Source of the DNA: Tubiluchus corallicola
Lineage: Eukaryota > Animalia > Priapulida
Direction: 5' to 3'
Assembly (NCBI GenBank): GCA_030141605.1
Contig: JAQGDQ010000130.1
Location: 487,273 to 551,272, forward strand
DNA: 64,000 bases
Shown: positions 28,690-42,599 of the stretch, one piece after another
Position numbering within the stretch: position 1 is the stretch's first letter
Layout of the letters: every line of letters begins with the position of its first letter
Program-made: the position numbers and the translations under genes
The notes under the pieces: generated by a model
What the model saw: the letters and a program-made list of their open reading frames with translations, nothing else
Databases searched by the model: none
What the model was told of the DNA's origin: nothing

Positions 28690-29280
28690 TCAAGAGGGTT
28701 TGAGTCAAGAAGCTTACAGGGCAGATACCTTAGCTAATGCCTTGAAAGTGGTGAAAAAAAATGGAAAACAGTGACCTCGGTCACAGGGTCAAGGACACTG
28801 GATATCGGTCAGTTTTTTTATTGCCACTCAACTGTTCCCAGGGTTTTGAGTTAAAATCATTTTTTCATGTATGTATTTTTGGGGTAATTTTTATGTGATG
28901 TTTTATGTGGGATAGATGTGTGCATGTTCCTGGACTTTTAAAAAGTTGTGTTCTTTAAGGGCCCGAGATAGGAGCCAAATGCGTAACACAGAATAGCTCT
29001 AAACTTCTGTAAGTATAGAATTACGAAATTTACAGAGTGGACAGCTGGGCAGGGGCTCAGGCATTGGTAAATTAAAAAAAGCTGGTTGTTTAAGGACCTG
29101 AGATAGGAGCCAAAATGTGAAAATTAGGGCACTCAGCTACAATTCACATTAACTCGTAAATGCAGAGGGCTAGACTCACGAAACACACAGGGTAGACACC
29201 AGGGCTAACGGCCTAGCAAGCGGCCTGAACGCTGACCTCTGTAAGGGGTCAAGGACACTGAACATCAAGTGTAAACACGT
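28690..29280 (+). mobile_element. HINE/Helentron-like non-autonomous element with internal direct repeats
   Basis: tgacctc...ggtcaaggacactg occurs twice (~28772, ~29233); tttaagg.cc.gagataggagccaaa occurs twice (~28954, ~29089). Family assignment is inference. Confidence 0.45.
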
Positions 29281-30979
29281 TCACCGCGTTACGCTAAGGG
29301 ATTTGGATTTGGATCTTGTTATACAGTTCAATTTCAGGGCTCTTCTTAGCTCTAAAGTGTAATCAGCACTCAGTGGCAGAGTAAGCAACTTAATGTAAAT
29401 CGTTGTACAGGACCAAAATCTAGTTAATTTTTGCAGATAATTCTCTGAGCTGGTATTCATTTTCAAAATTATCAGTTAACAGTGATTGTCAATTAATATT
29501 AAACTCACAATTATTAAACTTTTCAAGCTGAACTTGATGACACTTAAGGATATATGAGAAAATCTACAGTGAGCACGGATTTGACAGCCGCGACTCGAAC
29601 TGACGACCTTCCGAATGAAAAGCATCTGTGTTATTCTGGTCGTGTTTTTATAAACTGCAGTAAAATAAACCTTACATGCTAAACGACGTACTTTTGGCTT
29701 TTCATTTAAAGCACAAGCAAGAAAACCCTTTACTTACATAAAGTTGAAAAAATTCGTCTTGAAATTTTGTGTAATCACGCGGTATAATCTACGCACTGCC
29801 TTATTGCGCTCAGACGGCGATGACCGTTAGGCCCAGCCATTTTAATGGTAGGTCGTTTGAAACAAGTTTAGATAACATTGCGTAAAATTTGAAAAAATGG
29901 ATCTAATCAGAGCATTCGTAGCGTACACTTCATTAACTAATCAAAAGTATAAATAATTGTATCTTGTGAGTAAGATTAAAAATGCTTTTTACTGAATTCT
30001 GCACAAGAGGGAAACTAAGTCAGTGACGTTTGATTAAGTTCGCGCGAACATTTTAATTGCTAAGAATTTTCTTTTTTAGTTACATAAATATTTGAAGCAG
30101 TTAAGCGTAATACTAATATAATTTATAAAACTTTGTGCGAAACTTTTTTGGGGATATATTTTAAACTTACCCTTTCTTGCCGTTTAACAGTTGAATTGCT
30201 TTTGCTATACGGTTAATTTATTCTGATATTTTGCCGAGATTCGGATATCCGGGGATGTCGATTCTTCACGTGGCTTCTGCTTGTCAGAGTTGCGAATCTC
30301 TTACGACCGCTCAGTTGCCACGGGCGCTTGTTTTATTGACTACGTGTTTCTCAATCACTGCTTGTATGCAGCTCAACTGTCATGGTTAGACAGTCGTTTC
30401 TAAATGTGACCTTTTTCAGATAGGACTTATACTTAAAAGTTCGACGTACATTTATAGGTTTCTAGTATAAATGATAGTTTGTTACTGATTAGTTTATGGA
30501 GAAAACGAATTCCTAAAATGAAAATAACAGCCACCACCCACTTAAGCAAAGACATAGCCTTCGTACATAGAAATTAGAAACATCCACATTGTGGGAAGCA
30601 AACAAAACACATACTAAATTGTAAATTTACAGATCGTGCAGCACAATAAAAAATGACAGAAAAAATAAAGTTATGCCTGTGTACTAAAGTTAAATATCAA
30701 TTCCTGTGGATGGTAATAAGAGAAACATTTGGACGAAATATGAACAACACTGTAAATGAGCAGCTACAAGGACCAATTTAAAATAATTCTGGGGGGGGGG
30801 CACGGAAAAAAGTTGATCGCTACGCGCTAACATGAACATAAGAACAGTTAACAAATCACAAACTTAAATAATGACGCATACAGAAATATGTTCTTATAAA
30901 TGCAGAGCTCTTTTTAAGCGTAGTCGATATAAAGAAAAATACAATAATTTATAACAAAGACATGTAAATACATGTACAT

Positions 30980-31380
30980 CACAGTGCTTGTTGAATGGCA
31001 TACATTAATTCGTAGCGAAATTCATTCGCACCTCTTAATTTAGAATCACGTGTAGCTGAAATTTTAGGCACACAGGTAATCAAAAATTTCGTAATTCCAT
31101 ATCTCCTCTTTTGCTTAAAAAATGTAAACCGATCGATATCGGTCATGGATAAGACTTTGGAAGAATATCTGATATTTGGCTTCAGAATACGGTCCTTTCT
31201 TTGAAGATAAGTATTGCATACTGAAATGAAATTCATCTTTTGTGCTACTACTCTTGCATAGAGTACATTTTTTCATATCAACAAGAGTTTTATATATATC
31301 GATCACCAGACTCAATTTGCAATCTAAGCGCACTAATGCGGAATTTTGTGTAGGTTTCTTTATTTGCTCTAGAAACACCA
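30980..31380 (-). pseudogene. Decayed LINE ORF2 C-terminal fragment
   Basis: ...KKCTLCKSSSTKDEFHF matches the C..C....EDE.HF motif at the ORF2 end of non-LTR retrotransposons. Confidence 0.6.
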
Positions 31381-33269
31381 GTAATTAACAACGAGAAAAC
31401 GACTCTCATGCCAGCAGTGGTTCCAACTCTACAAATTCTAGCCACGTGCGTGTTTGTCTCTCGGCGTTACAAGGTTTTGTTGCAATCTAGGTCTAGGATT
31501 ACAGTATTTTTATGAAGAAACGCGAGAACCTCTTTGCTCGAAGTCACTTAGAAACAGCCTTTTCATCTTTTGCTTTTGTCCCTCTCTCTTTCGGTCTCTA
31601 ATTCTGTTACTAAGATGTCTTTATATCAGATCTGTATATTGATGTAGCCACGCCAAGTGTAGAAATCTTTAGAAATCTTCCGTAGAATGTAATTCTGCAC
31701 ACTGGACAGTAATTATACGTACCGCGTCTGAACCTCAAACCCACTCCAACTCACAGCTTAGATAAAAGTGAGACCTAAGTAAAACTGAAAAGAACTTAGT
31801 GCATAAATTGTGCAAAATATTGCAGTGAAAAAATTTGAGCAGCACGCCTATATTTTATCTGCATCTATAAAACGTCTTTTTTAAGCAGATATTTTATTAT
31901 TTTGCATTCGAACTGCAAGAATAAATTGTAACTCATCTTAGTTAGTTTATAAACATGCAAAATGAAAATTGCATGGGTTAAATCATATGGGCTGTAAATT
32001 GTGATTGTCATGGTCTCAATGCACTGTTTTTGTAATCTGTAACATTGTATATATCTTTCCATAATTGTATCTTATTGTGCTAAAATATTATGTAGCTTTA
32101 ATGTTTTTAACGTAGTTTTAATACATAGGCCTAATACACTTTCATAACATAATTTTAACATTACTCCAGCACAGAGGCATTTGTTGTTGACAGTCTATGT
32201 TAATTTATAACTGTCACCGAGGAAATTAAACGTGAGTTATAATAATTTTCATTTTAAGGCAAATAATGATTAAAAATATAAAAAATAAAAATTATATCAT
32301 TACCGTAATGGAAAGACATGTTTTTAAAATCCGTGCATAAACAAATCAAATTCTAAGTATAAAAATATTACTTGTCGTGTTTGAGTCCTATAATATTTCT
32401 CTGAAATTTAAATAAAAAAGTCATCTTAGTACAAAAATACTGTTAATCTTCAACTTGAACATAATATTTTGCAGTGGTTACTGCAGAGGTCGCTAGTAAC
32501 AATGACTTGCTATCCAGAGAAATGCCCAGTTCCCTATTTTATTTCATGGTGTCGATGGAACAACATAGGGTAGCGATGCTGAAAAAACGATATAAAAATA
32601 AGAGAAATCATCTGTCGTGTCGTTGGGGCTTTGCACGTGCCTTGTTAGGCTTACCAACCTATTTATTTATTCTGAACTTTAAAACCTGTATAACAGAAAT
32701 CGAACATTGAGATCGAAATTTTTTGACAAAATATGGTAATTGTTTTTCAAATTTGTAAATTCGTGTTTTGCTTTGACGATTTTAACTTAATGACTCAATA
32801 GACATAGCACCACTTTTTCGTTTAAATACTTCAAACAAATGATTTCGTGTGAGAAAAATTTTATTATTACATCATTAAATCATGATATTTCACACGACAT
32901 TTTATATCTTTATTATTTTACAATGCAATGTAAACTACTGTGGCTCACGAACTATAGCGAATTTTAACCACCTAAAATGGTGTTTTTTGCATTTATGAGA
33001 AGATGTGTCTGATTCTCTAGACATTAGCCAATACTGTATGTTTAGCGAAAGAAAAGCTACCGAAGGCTGAGAAAAGTGCCACAGTTAGTGTGGTAAAGGC
33101 AACGCCACAAATTCTCTTCCACGCCTTATTAACCGAATTTCTACTTTTGACATTCCTACACGCATTAAGATTCGTTTGATGGGCTGACGATGCTTAGTTA
33201 GCCGTATTATTTCTAACAGTCAATTAGCATCACGATTTAACAGCTACATTCATTTGTACAACGGTTCTG

Positions 33270-33720
33270 TTTCATTTAGATTGTAGCAATGCTTTACTTT
33301 TTTGGTTTACCTACTGCAAAACTGAAACATGTGCAAATTGTTCAAAACATGGTGGCCAGGACTCTTTTAAAATTATCAAAATATGATCGGATTATTCCAG
33401 CACTCAAGATGCTGCATTGGTTACCTATTAAGGATCGCATACTATTTAAAATTTTTAGTCAATTTTAAATTATTAAAAGGTGAAGCGCCATTATATTTGA
33501 CAGAGATGATCGAGTTTATTACTTCAACTTTAAGATCTGTTGACAATCAACATCTTAACGTGCCGGAAACTATAGATGTATAATTTTTTGGGGTTAGAGC
33601 TTTGAGTGTTTGTCGAACACGTTTATGGAACCAGTTGCCTATGAATCTAAAACTGGCTACAAAAGTTAAAAAAATTAAGAAACTTGAAAACCCAACTGTT
33701 TCAACAAGCATTCGTATAGT
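33270..33720 (+). pseudogene. L2-type LINE 3' ORF2 remnant
   Basis: LDCSNALLFGLP..KL..VQIVQNMVAR, YDRIIPALKMLHWLPIKDR, GEAPLYL and LWNQLP: classic L2 C-terminal motifs, frameshifted. Confidence 0.85.
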
Positions 33721-35859
33721 TTAATACAATACGTCTATGAATGAACTAGTTCCAGTTCGAATTTCTTACTTTGAAGAAGGAACTAGGTCCATGAAGTTAA
33801 TTCATTGAACTAAGTTTCGTTACAACCAGATTATGTGTATTAGCCTTATTTACTCATTCTGTTAATTAATGTAATTATACTAGCTGTTTTCTTATGATTA
33901 TACATCGAGTTGGAATAAAATATTATCCAAGTGTTTTTCAAGTTAGCAGACGTGTGATTCTGATCAATATTTTGTGACTGTGCGCTTTCATGTAATGTTT
34001 CGTTTGCCAACAATAAACCATTGTTTAGGTGCTACCTCGCTTGCATATTTTATATCTCAGGCTTACATGGTCACAGTTGTCACAATCAACAGGATGCTAT
34101 GACAATTGCTTGGAGATATTATAATGTTTAGGATGTCGCGTTTATGCAAAAAAATCTCTCTCTATCATTTGAGTTTGTAAAAGAGCAGTACACTCTAAAA
34201 TTACATTGATGTACAAAAATTGTGCATTAATAGTTCTGGTCTTCAGTAATTTAATAAGTTAATTTGGGCAGAAGATTTCGTTTCCTGAGATAAGTTATAG
34301 CTTGATGTAGCTGCCGCGCGTGTGAACTCGGACGCTACTGACGCCAAATGCGCTGACTTGCACTTTCCGAGATAATAACGTTTCGTATGCACCAAAGTTT
34401 TCCCGCAAAAGTAAGCGAAAATACAAATGTTAAAGACAACAGGTGCAACAGTTGTGCGCCATACTACTGCTCGTATACAAGCAACAGTAACACGCACGCA
34501 CGCCTAATGGCTTGTATACAAGGCAACAGCGTGTACGCGCGAAACAGTTCGAATGCACGCAACAACTTTTTTCAGAAATGTAGTTTTCTGTTCACATTCT
34601 TTTCCCTTTGAGGTCTCGTTTGCGACAAGTCTGCAAGCTCTAATGGCGACTTTACTTAAACACGGATAGCTGCAGTTTTAAAAACTCGTCTTTTCCTTCT
34701 TCTTCCATTAGTAACATGCTCTCTCGCGGGAGATGACAGGAAATGGAATACAGCCAGTGAATACTGATGGACAACTTTCTTTTGCCAGGGGGAGATTTAG
34801 TGAGGGGAAGTTCTTAGAATATATCATTTTTCATTATACGGATAAATGGCAGCAATTTTTCTGTCAAATATACATTAAATACAGAATATTTTACTAATTA
34901 TTTACTCGATTTTGTTATTTGTACAGTAACTTGCAAGAGACCTACTGTAATTTCAACCTTTCCGTGCAGCGCAATGAGACGCGTTGCTGCTTCCTCATTT
35001 TTCACGTTAAAAGTGTGAAATTTACTGTGAAGTGATAGATTATCATTAATCAAGGATGCAGTTTAAAATCAGAGACATCACAGTCTGCAGTTAACCTCCA
35101 TTAGGCTTCAACAACAGTTAGAAACTAGTGAAAGGAGAACCTTTGTAGTCACTTATTGGTTTTAGCATTTCTATTGTGAAGAGGTTTTCAATTAATGCTG
35201 GTTTGCTCTTTTGATCTTCATACATCACAATATAATGCAATGCGAGTTTGTGAGACAAAATTGTACGCAAGACAAGACTGCCTTTATGTATCTTTATTAT
35301 GTAAAATAGCTGAGTGGTCATGGCATCGCTTAGTAACTTAAGTTAAGCAGTGGATAGGTGACCACAAAGAGAACTGCTTCTGTGGACTTCATTTGTTTGC
35401 TGCGTGTCGTTGAGAGAGGACGCGAGAGTGTGTTGAAAACATTTCTGCCGAATGAAAAGATGATATAAGACAAGATGAACTTTATTCTGAGAAAAACTCA
35501 CATCAACATACAAGTACAATAAAAACTACAATACTACTGGTATTGCAGTAAAATAGAAACTGGTACGTCACACACACATGAAAGGCTACTACAACAAAAT
35601 GATTTACAGATTAAAAAATAGGCAAGAATGATGTTCAAAGTTGTGTGCGATTTATTCAGCAGTTCTAAATTTTAGATAAGAAGATGCACTCACTATAAAA
35701 CATTTCATTTATGAAACTGTTATGGCTATTGGCGAGCAGCGTTTTTAGACTATAAACATTTTCCGGTAAAATAACGTCAAAATAGGACACTTCGAGGTCA
35801 AGCGACATGCTTCTGGCAGAGCAATCGAAAGGTTGTTTAAAAAGCATGCGTATAAAAAA

Positions 35860-36105
35860 TAAAAATGGCACAGGAAAAAGTGGAACAATATATTTTGACA
35901 CAAATAATTTCTATAATAAAACTAAAATACGCTTCAGAATGTAGCAGATTTCTGCCATGGTCGTAGAATCCTAAATATATTCGTCTGATTCTCTTGAGAG
36001 AAAAACAACGCAATACTAATATAAACAAGTGAACATTCAAAAATATACCTAAATTAGTATTATACAGACTACCAAAAGTCTCCCAAAATATTTTGTTCAT
36101 TAAAC
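35860..36105 (+). mobile_element. AAAAATGGCACA-headed repeat, body type 1
   Basis: Homologous to 50838-51072 (atttctataataaaact..., ttcgt.tgattct, agacta.caaaag.ctc.caaaata..ttgttcattaaa). Confidence 0.65.
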
Positions 36106-36659
36106 CGAACTACAATCTAATGACGTGAAATAACTTGCTTGAGAACTTATAAAATTTGAAGTTAATGCCTACAACACTTTTCACATGAAAATAAGATTTT
36201 TAGGTTACTTCTTTTGATGTAACTCTATCTACTCGCCGTGATGATTTAGTTCTCAATGTTCATGTATTATATGTTTAGCCAGGTTTTTTTATTGTGATGT
36301 CACAATAGATTGACTTAGTATTATAAATTTTAATGACAAATTGATCTATCTCAAAGCTGAATAGCGTTCGTAAGAACATATTCATGAAATAAGTGGATTC
36401 CATGACAATGCTAAATGACGTTCTAAGGCAAAAACAAGCGAGTAACCAAATGCTTCGCATTCTTGACTAGTTTATAAGAATCCTTCAGTTTAGCAAAGAG
36501 CAGCTTCTATACAGTTAATGTTTGAATTAGATTTTATTCTGTTGAGAACAATATAATTAACAGTTAACGAGGTGTGTTATAAGTTTGCCTGTAAATGTAT
36601 TAAATGCTACCAGTATTCCGGTAAAAATGAGCGCCGTTTTATAGTGATACTGTCAATAG

Positions 36660-37050
36660 GGTGTACGGTAAAAATGGTACAGGAAAAGTGTACACTTAGA
36701 AAATGTAACTTTAGCGTTAGGGTTGCTGTAATTATTTACGTAGATATTTTAATTATTTTTACCTCTGCGAAGGAAGTTACGTTTGTTTGTTTGTTTGTTT
36801 GTATGCATGCATGCATGTATGTATGTATGTATGTATGTATGTATGTATGTATGTATGTATGTATGTATGTATGTATGTATGTATGTATGTATGTATGTTT
36901 GGTTCTTTTTTGTCTATTATGCATAAGTGGGCCTATTACGAAAAACCACTTGACAGAAACTTTGTGGAGAAGGTGGTTACGGGACAGACAAAAAAAACAG
37001 CATTTTGAAGCAGATTCCTGGAAAGGCTAAAACTCCCAGAGTGGGCTTTT
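36660..37050 (+). mobile_element. HINE/DINE-like element, body type 2, with internal (GTTT)/(TATG)n microsatellite (36781-36897)
   Basis: ggtgtacggtaaaaatggtacagg head, gttagggtt, tttttacctctgcgaaggaagttac, then microsatellite and gcctattacgaaaaac; homologous to 560-860 and to the reverse complement of 51420-51772. Confidence 0.65.
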
Positions 37051-39353
37051 TCGCCCGTTGTGTCTTTCACAAAACTTGATTAAGAGAAATTCTCGTTTGG
37101 AAAATGTGTAATGCTGTCTATAAGATTTTTCCTATACAAAGTATACATATATATAGCCTTATAAGCTGACTGTGTATATAAATATGCATATTTGTCAGCC
37201 TATTATACCATCGCCCAGTGGTTAAAGAAAAGTAGATAAACACTATGTGGAACGTTCGTGCAATGTTGATCATAGCTCTGTTTAATGAACAAAATATTTT
37301 GTGAGTCTTTCGATCGTCTATGCAGTACGAATACAGCTATGTTTTTGTATGTTCGCTTGTTTATTTTAGTTTTACGTTTTTTCTTTCAAAAGAACAGACG
37401 AATGTGTTCTTGGCGGAGAACTGCTTCATACTGAACGCATTTTGGTTTTATTATAGAAATTACTTGTATTAAAATATAATATGTGCTTTTTCATGCGCCA
37501 CTTTTCTCTACATTCTGTTAATGACTATTAAAAACTAGTGAAAGCTAGTGTATTTTTTAATCAAATCCTTAAGCGTGTAATCGCCGTGCGTGTATGAACG
37601 TATGTGTGCAGCGTTTGCATTGTACAAGTAAGTAAAAAATTTGCTTTCAGTCGATTATATACATAAAAACAGAAGCCACAACGCTCTTTGTCGACCATAA
37701 TTAGGTTAAAAACCGTCCATCCGTACATAAATATATGGTTAAATACACATTAAAATACAGCTGTATAAGATGGACAGTCAGATTAGACATTAATAGTAGG
37801 CTAAACCTGATTTCATGTAAAAATTCATAATGAGACATTAACACTGGTTTTACATAAAATAATAAAACCTGCTTAATTAGGACCTACAGTATTTGCATAA
37901 ACAAGTTTCACCATCCCATTTACTCAGTCTTTCAAAAAATCTTTGAAAGTATTTGCTTCTTTGCAGGAATTTGGTAAACTGTACCACAGTTGTGGGCCCC
38001 TGTATCGCATGCGACTGCATATTGTTGCCATATTTCATAATTGAACTTGAATGCATATCTTGTTCTTGTTTTGTACCTATTTTTCGCACTAATAAATGTT
38101 ATTGTTAATGTTAATGTTAATGTTAATGCTAATAACATTATCTAAATATTTTAACCATTTGTATCCGTTTTGAGTTAGGGTTTCCATCTTTGTATATTTT
38201 TAAATAACGATAATTTACAATATTAATATTTTACCGATATTTTCTCAAACACAGTTGCAATTTGTAAGATCAAGGTTTCTTCACTCTTGCTAATGTTTGC
38301 TGTTCTCTCCGTGTTCCTTTCTTCCAATTGTTCCTTCGAGTTCTTCTCTATCCTAAATTCACTTCTCAACCGTCGTCAGTGTCTCTAAGTACAAATAACA
38401 CACGTCCATCTTCAAATGTTCATGAAAATTTCTTATATTGCTTGTACGTAGCTTCGTCAAGCATCTGCTGAGAATTGACTGACATACGTTTATAAGAGAT
38501 TTTCCAGCAATAAAACTTGCCTAGTAAAGAATGAACTAGTGGAGCTTGTTTGCTGAAATATTCTCTATTTGCAATGCAATCATCCTAATGCACATTTACT
38601 TCTGTAACAACATGGATGTCTCATTCACCCAGTGGCTTCTGCTTTATCAATATTAGCATTCACTTTTACTGATGCCGTGTCAGATCCGACTGCTGTTTGA
38701 ACTGCAATTTTCATACGAGTGGCGAGGTATCGAACTCCCGCGTACTGTGACGTCGTGCCTAATTTAATATCTAATACTAATACATTAATATAGATTTTAT
38801 TAATGGACGTAATCTTAATTAATTTTAGTTAACATGGTCAGGATTATCATTATTACCTCACATATCATTATCTCACTTTTCGCCGTTCTCTCTCCTTTTT
38901 TCATTGTCACTAGCGGGTTCATTCTCTGTTTCGCTGCTAGAGTTTTTCTTACAAACTTTCACTTTTCGGGGTTCTGCAGCACGTTACATAATTACTATTA
39001 TGATGACGAACGATAGAATAAGCTGCAGTAAAATTCCTTTTCTCTATCGGATATTTGTTTGTATAACTACATGTATTCAAGATATTATAAAACTATTTTG
39101 TTTGTTGTAATGTACTACAAGCTTTATTTACTTGTTTATAATTATGTCACATGTTGGTGAAATGTATGAATAAACTAAACTAAACTATATACTAACATGT
39201 GAAAAACCGCAATTAATAAACCGAATGTGGAGGGGAGGAAGGATAGAAGGAATTAAATTATTTCAAGTACATTAATTTATTATGTTCTGCCTTTGTTACG
39301 TATTTTGAATTCATAAACGCATAACACAGAATAAACTGATAAGACGGGGGCCT

Positions 39354-40613
39354 GTTGAAAGACCAGATGGACACTTAGCATCTGTCTTTAGCGTGAATTT
39401 ACAGCGGATCGTCCTGAAATTTCACACAAATGTACTAGAACGAATTCTGCATCAATTGACGGAGTCGGATTTTCGATCCAGCATTTCGAATTCAAGATTG
39501 CAGCGATAACATCATTTCCAAAAAAGTGTAAAGGTCAATTCGCAATGGATCGTCATAAAACTCTGCAGAAGCGAATTTTCTTCGATTTGCCATCTTAAGT
39601 TCAAGGTCACTGCATCGACATCACTTCTAATCCGCGATCTTGCGTTCAGCGATTCTCTCGGCCGATAGTTCGAGTCGATGTCGTTTACGACAGCTGGCTT
39701 GTCTAGACGTGTTTGTAGTGGTGTGTGTAGTGTGTTTGGTAATAGCCATACGTTTCGAGTGCTTGTGTTGTGTTACACACTGTATTGATTTTTTTCAAAG
39801 ACTCAAGAATGATTTCGTCTACATTCGTTGAATTTGGAATGATTAAGTTATATATTACTACATCACCTTTCTCTATTACTTACCTTACCTTATAGTGAAT
39901 TACCTTACCTTACGAAATCTACCTTCCCTTACCTTACTTTACTACGTTAACTTAACTTTACCTAACGTTTCTCATAAGGTAACTACAACCTAACGTAGCA
40001 TCCCTTTTCCTTTTCAGTCCTTCGTAACACAATGTCATACTTATGGATCACACAAGCTTTTTTAAGTATAAGGTCCTGTGGCCTTGACCTTTGACCTTGC
40101 TACTTCAAAATTGATAGGGTTCATTCTCTATTGATTGGTGACTTGCACCCGAAAAGCGAAAAATTGCATCACTTATTATTTGGGCTTAAAATGCATCCTC
40201 AAGCTTTTTCAAGTGTTGGGTCCCGTCATTCTGAGCTTTGACTGCGGAACCGGCAACAACGGAAGTACTATTCTATCCCCTCTAGCAATTTCGTTGCAAT
40301 GGGTTGAAATTTGCCCACAAAGCCAACTATGAAATAACGAATGGAGGATGGACGAACAGATGTAAGAACGGAGGCGTTTCTTAAACTTACCATATCGCCT
40401 CTGGCAACTTCTAACAACTAGTATTAAGCATGTTATCTGTAACCTGCAACGTTAGTGAGCAACTCTTAGCCTTCAGGAATTGTGACCAACTGATCATGAT
40501 TCCTAAAGTTAGGAATCGAATTCCACCGAACCATGGAGAGGTGGCTACTCATCTCAGTGTTTTCTATCCTATTTATTAAATCTAAACAGGTCAATAGATT
40601 ACAGTAGTTATAA
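39354..40613 (+). repeat. Source copy of segment B of the local segmental duplication
   Basis: Matches 43164-44424 and 44986-46246 apart from about 7 differences; identical ORF at 39640, 43450 and 45272. Confidence 0.95.
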
Positions 40614-42599
40614 ATTACAACGCTGTGTTGCCTTGCTAAACAGAAACGATTTGCTGAGTGGTTACAGGGTCAAGCTTGGTGACTGAAGTTAAGATTTATT
40701 AATCACTTTCGGGTCATTTAATGGATGGGTGAACTGCTTCGATTCTCGCTCTGGAAGATTTCGTTTGTTATGCTGATTCTGGCTGTTTACCCAGTATAGC
40801 GATGAATAGCGGTGGTGAGGTTGCAGAGTGCCAAACGTGTATAGAAAAAACATTTACATTAATAATTTTTCTTCACGTGTTTTCATTGCACAGTTGCACT
40901 GGTCTGCACTAGTTGCTGTTGATGTATTATTATTAATTATGCTTAGGGACCCGGTTGTAGTGAAGTCAAACTATTGAAGTTTAGTGAAGCTGGGGACACA
41001 AGAAGCCACACTAGCATTAGCAATAAAAATTCCAAGAATTCATTCCGTAACAGGTTGTTCTTTCCATCAACTAAGTCAGCCAAAGCTAATTGACGGCAAC
41101 ATCCTATGACGAAACAAGTGAGTGGCTTCTATTCATTCTTAAACTTGCAAATGATCGCGGAACACCATCATTAGATCAGGATGTTCTACACATCCGGAAC
41201 CCTAGCGTACAATAGCTGGGCCACTTCTTTGGTTCTCCTGTCTAGACCCTATTTAAGCTAAATATATGGAGGTGATAGTATGAACCAACAGAGTAATGGC
41301 TTGCAGGAAATTGTCCTTCTGCTGGTATCTCATTTGATGGAACTGGTCAAATAAAAAGTTTCTACCCTATTTTCAATTTCCTAATTCCAGAATTTTAAGT
41401 CATTTTCTGTAGAAATTAGCCATTTTTTAGAAATCTGTTACTATTTTGGCAAATTTCCTCATGGCCAACCACCACCTAACCATTCAACTTCCTCACACCC
41501 GTTTAATGGCGTCACTTAGAAAGCTGTTGCTCCAACTCTCCAGATTATTGTCATGTGACAAGTCCGCAAACGAATCTGTAACGATTATCTAGCGCAGAAT
41601 ATGGGTCAGTATTGAATTAAACCACTTGCTGCTGGTAGAGAGATAATTCCATTGCTTAACCAGATCATTTCAGATATGGTTCTGGAGGATTGGTAAATAG
41701 AGTGATGCATACAGAGAGTCAAGAAGCTATCCCCGTGGTATTTGAGTGGGTAAAACTACTTTTGCAAACAAAATCCGCATTTGTGCTTTTAATAAGCGCT
41801 CGGTGACAAGCACAGCTAGTTGACTAGTTGCTTGCTTATGGAAATGCAACAGAAAGTAAAACAAAAAGCTCAAATTCAGATGTTTTCAGCACTTTTGTTT
41901 AAGACGTTGAAACAAAAAGAAAATGGAACAGAGTGTGGACATAGAGTGAAGCAGAATGTGATTGGGCACGCGATCCAAATGACAGTTCCAGTGAAAAGAA
42001 CAGGTGTTTAGCGTAAGCAACGCCAAGAGGCAACTAATATACAATAAAGGCGTAATTTGAAACCAAGTCTTACCAATCCTTTGATGGTAATCGTTTCACT
42101 CTAGGAGTTTGATGTGAATCTTACTGGTCAGCACACTGATCCGGCAAAGCCCAGCCAAAATGGCGGCCATCTGTTGATTAATTGAAAAATATGTTTGTTT
42201 ATTGAACAATCATTAATTACATTATATTACAAACAAATTAACAAGACATTTAATCAACAGAAAAAGAAATGTTCACTAGAGACAAAATCCCCATACAAGG
42301 GAATATTGTGGCTCGACTGTACAAAACAAATAGCAGTAAAAGATCTATACACAGATATTGAAGTTTTTTACCGTATCATTATGATTACAAAAAGAATTTG
42401 TAGTTCATTTTATATAAAATGAACAGATAAATTAAATAATTTACCTTTTTCTGGCGAATTTCATATGTGTACATTTCCTTGAAGACCGCGATGTTTCGCG
42501 TCTTTTGCGAGAATGACGTAATTAATACTTTAATCCAAGAACACCTTAGCCATGAATGATTAAGGGCTGCTGAAAGTTATATGCTATATTCACGCCCTG

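Noticed and set aside
29570-29625. tRNA gene (B-box-like gttcgagtc on the minus strand; similar patch at ~54455-54525)
   Set aside because: No cloverleaf could be formed; more likely degraded tRNA-derived SINE pieces.
40614-42599. Segment X as a spliced-out intron (circRNA or retrocopy origin of the B-A unit)
   Set aside because: No GT-AG or GC-AG ends on either strand, even when sliding within the TAA microhomology.
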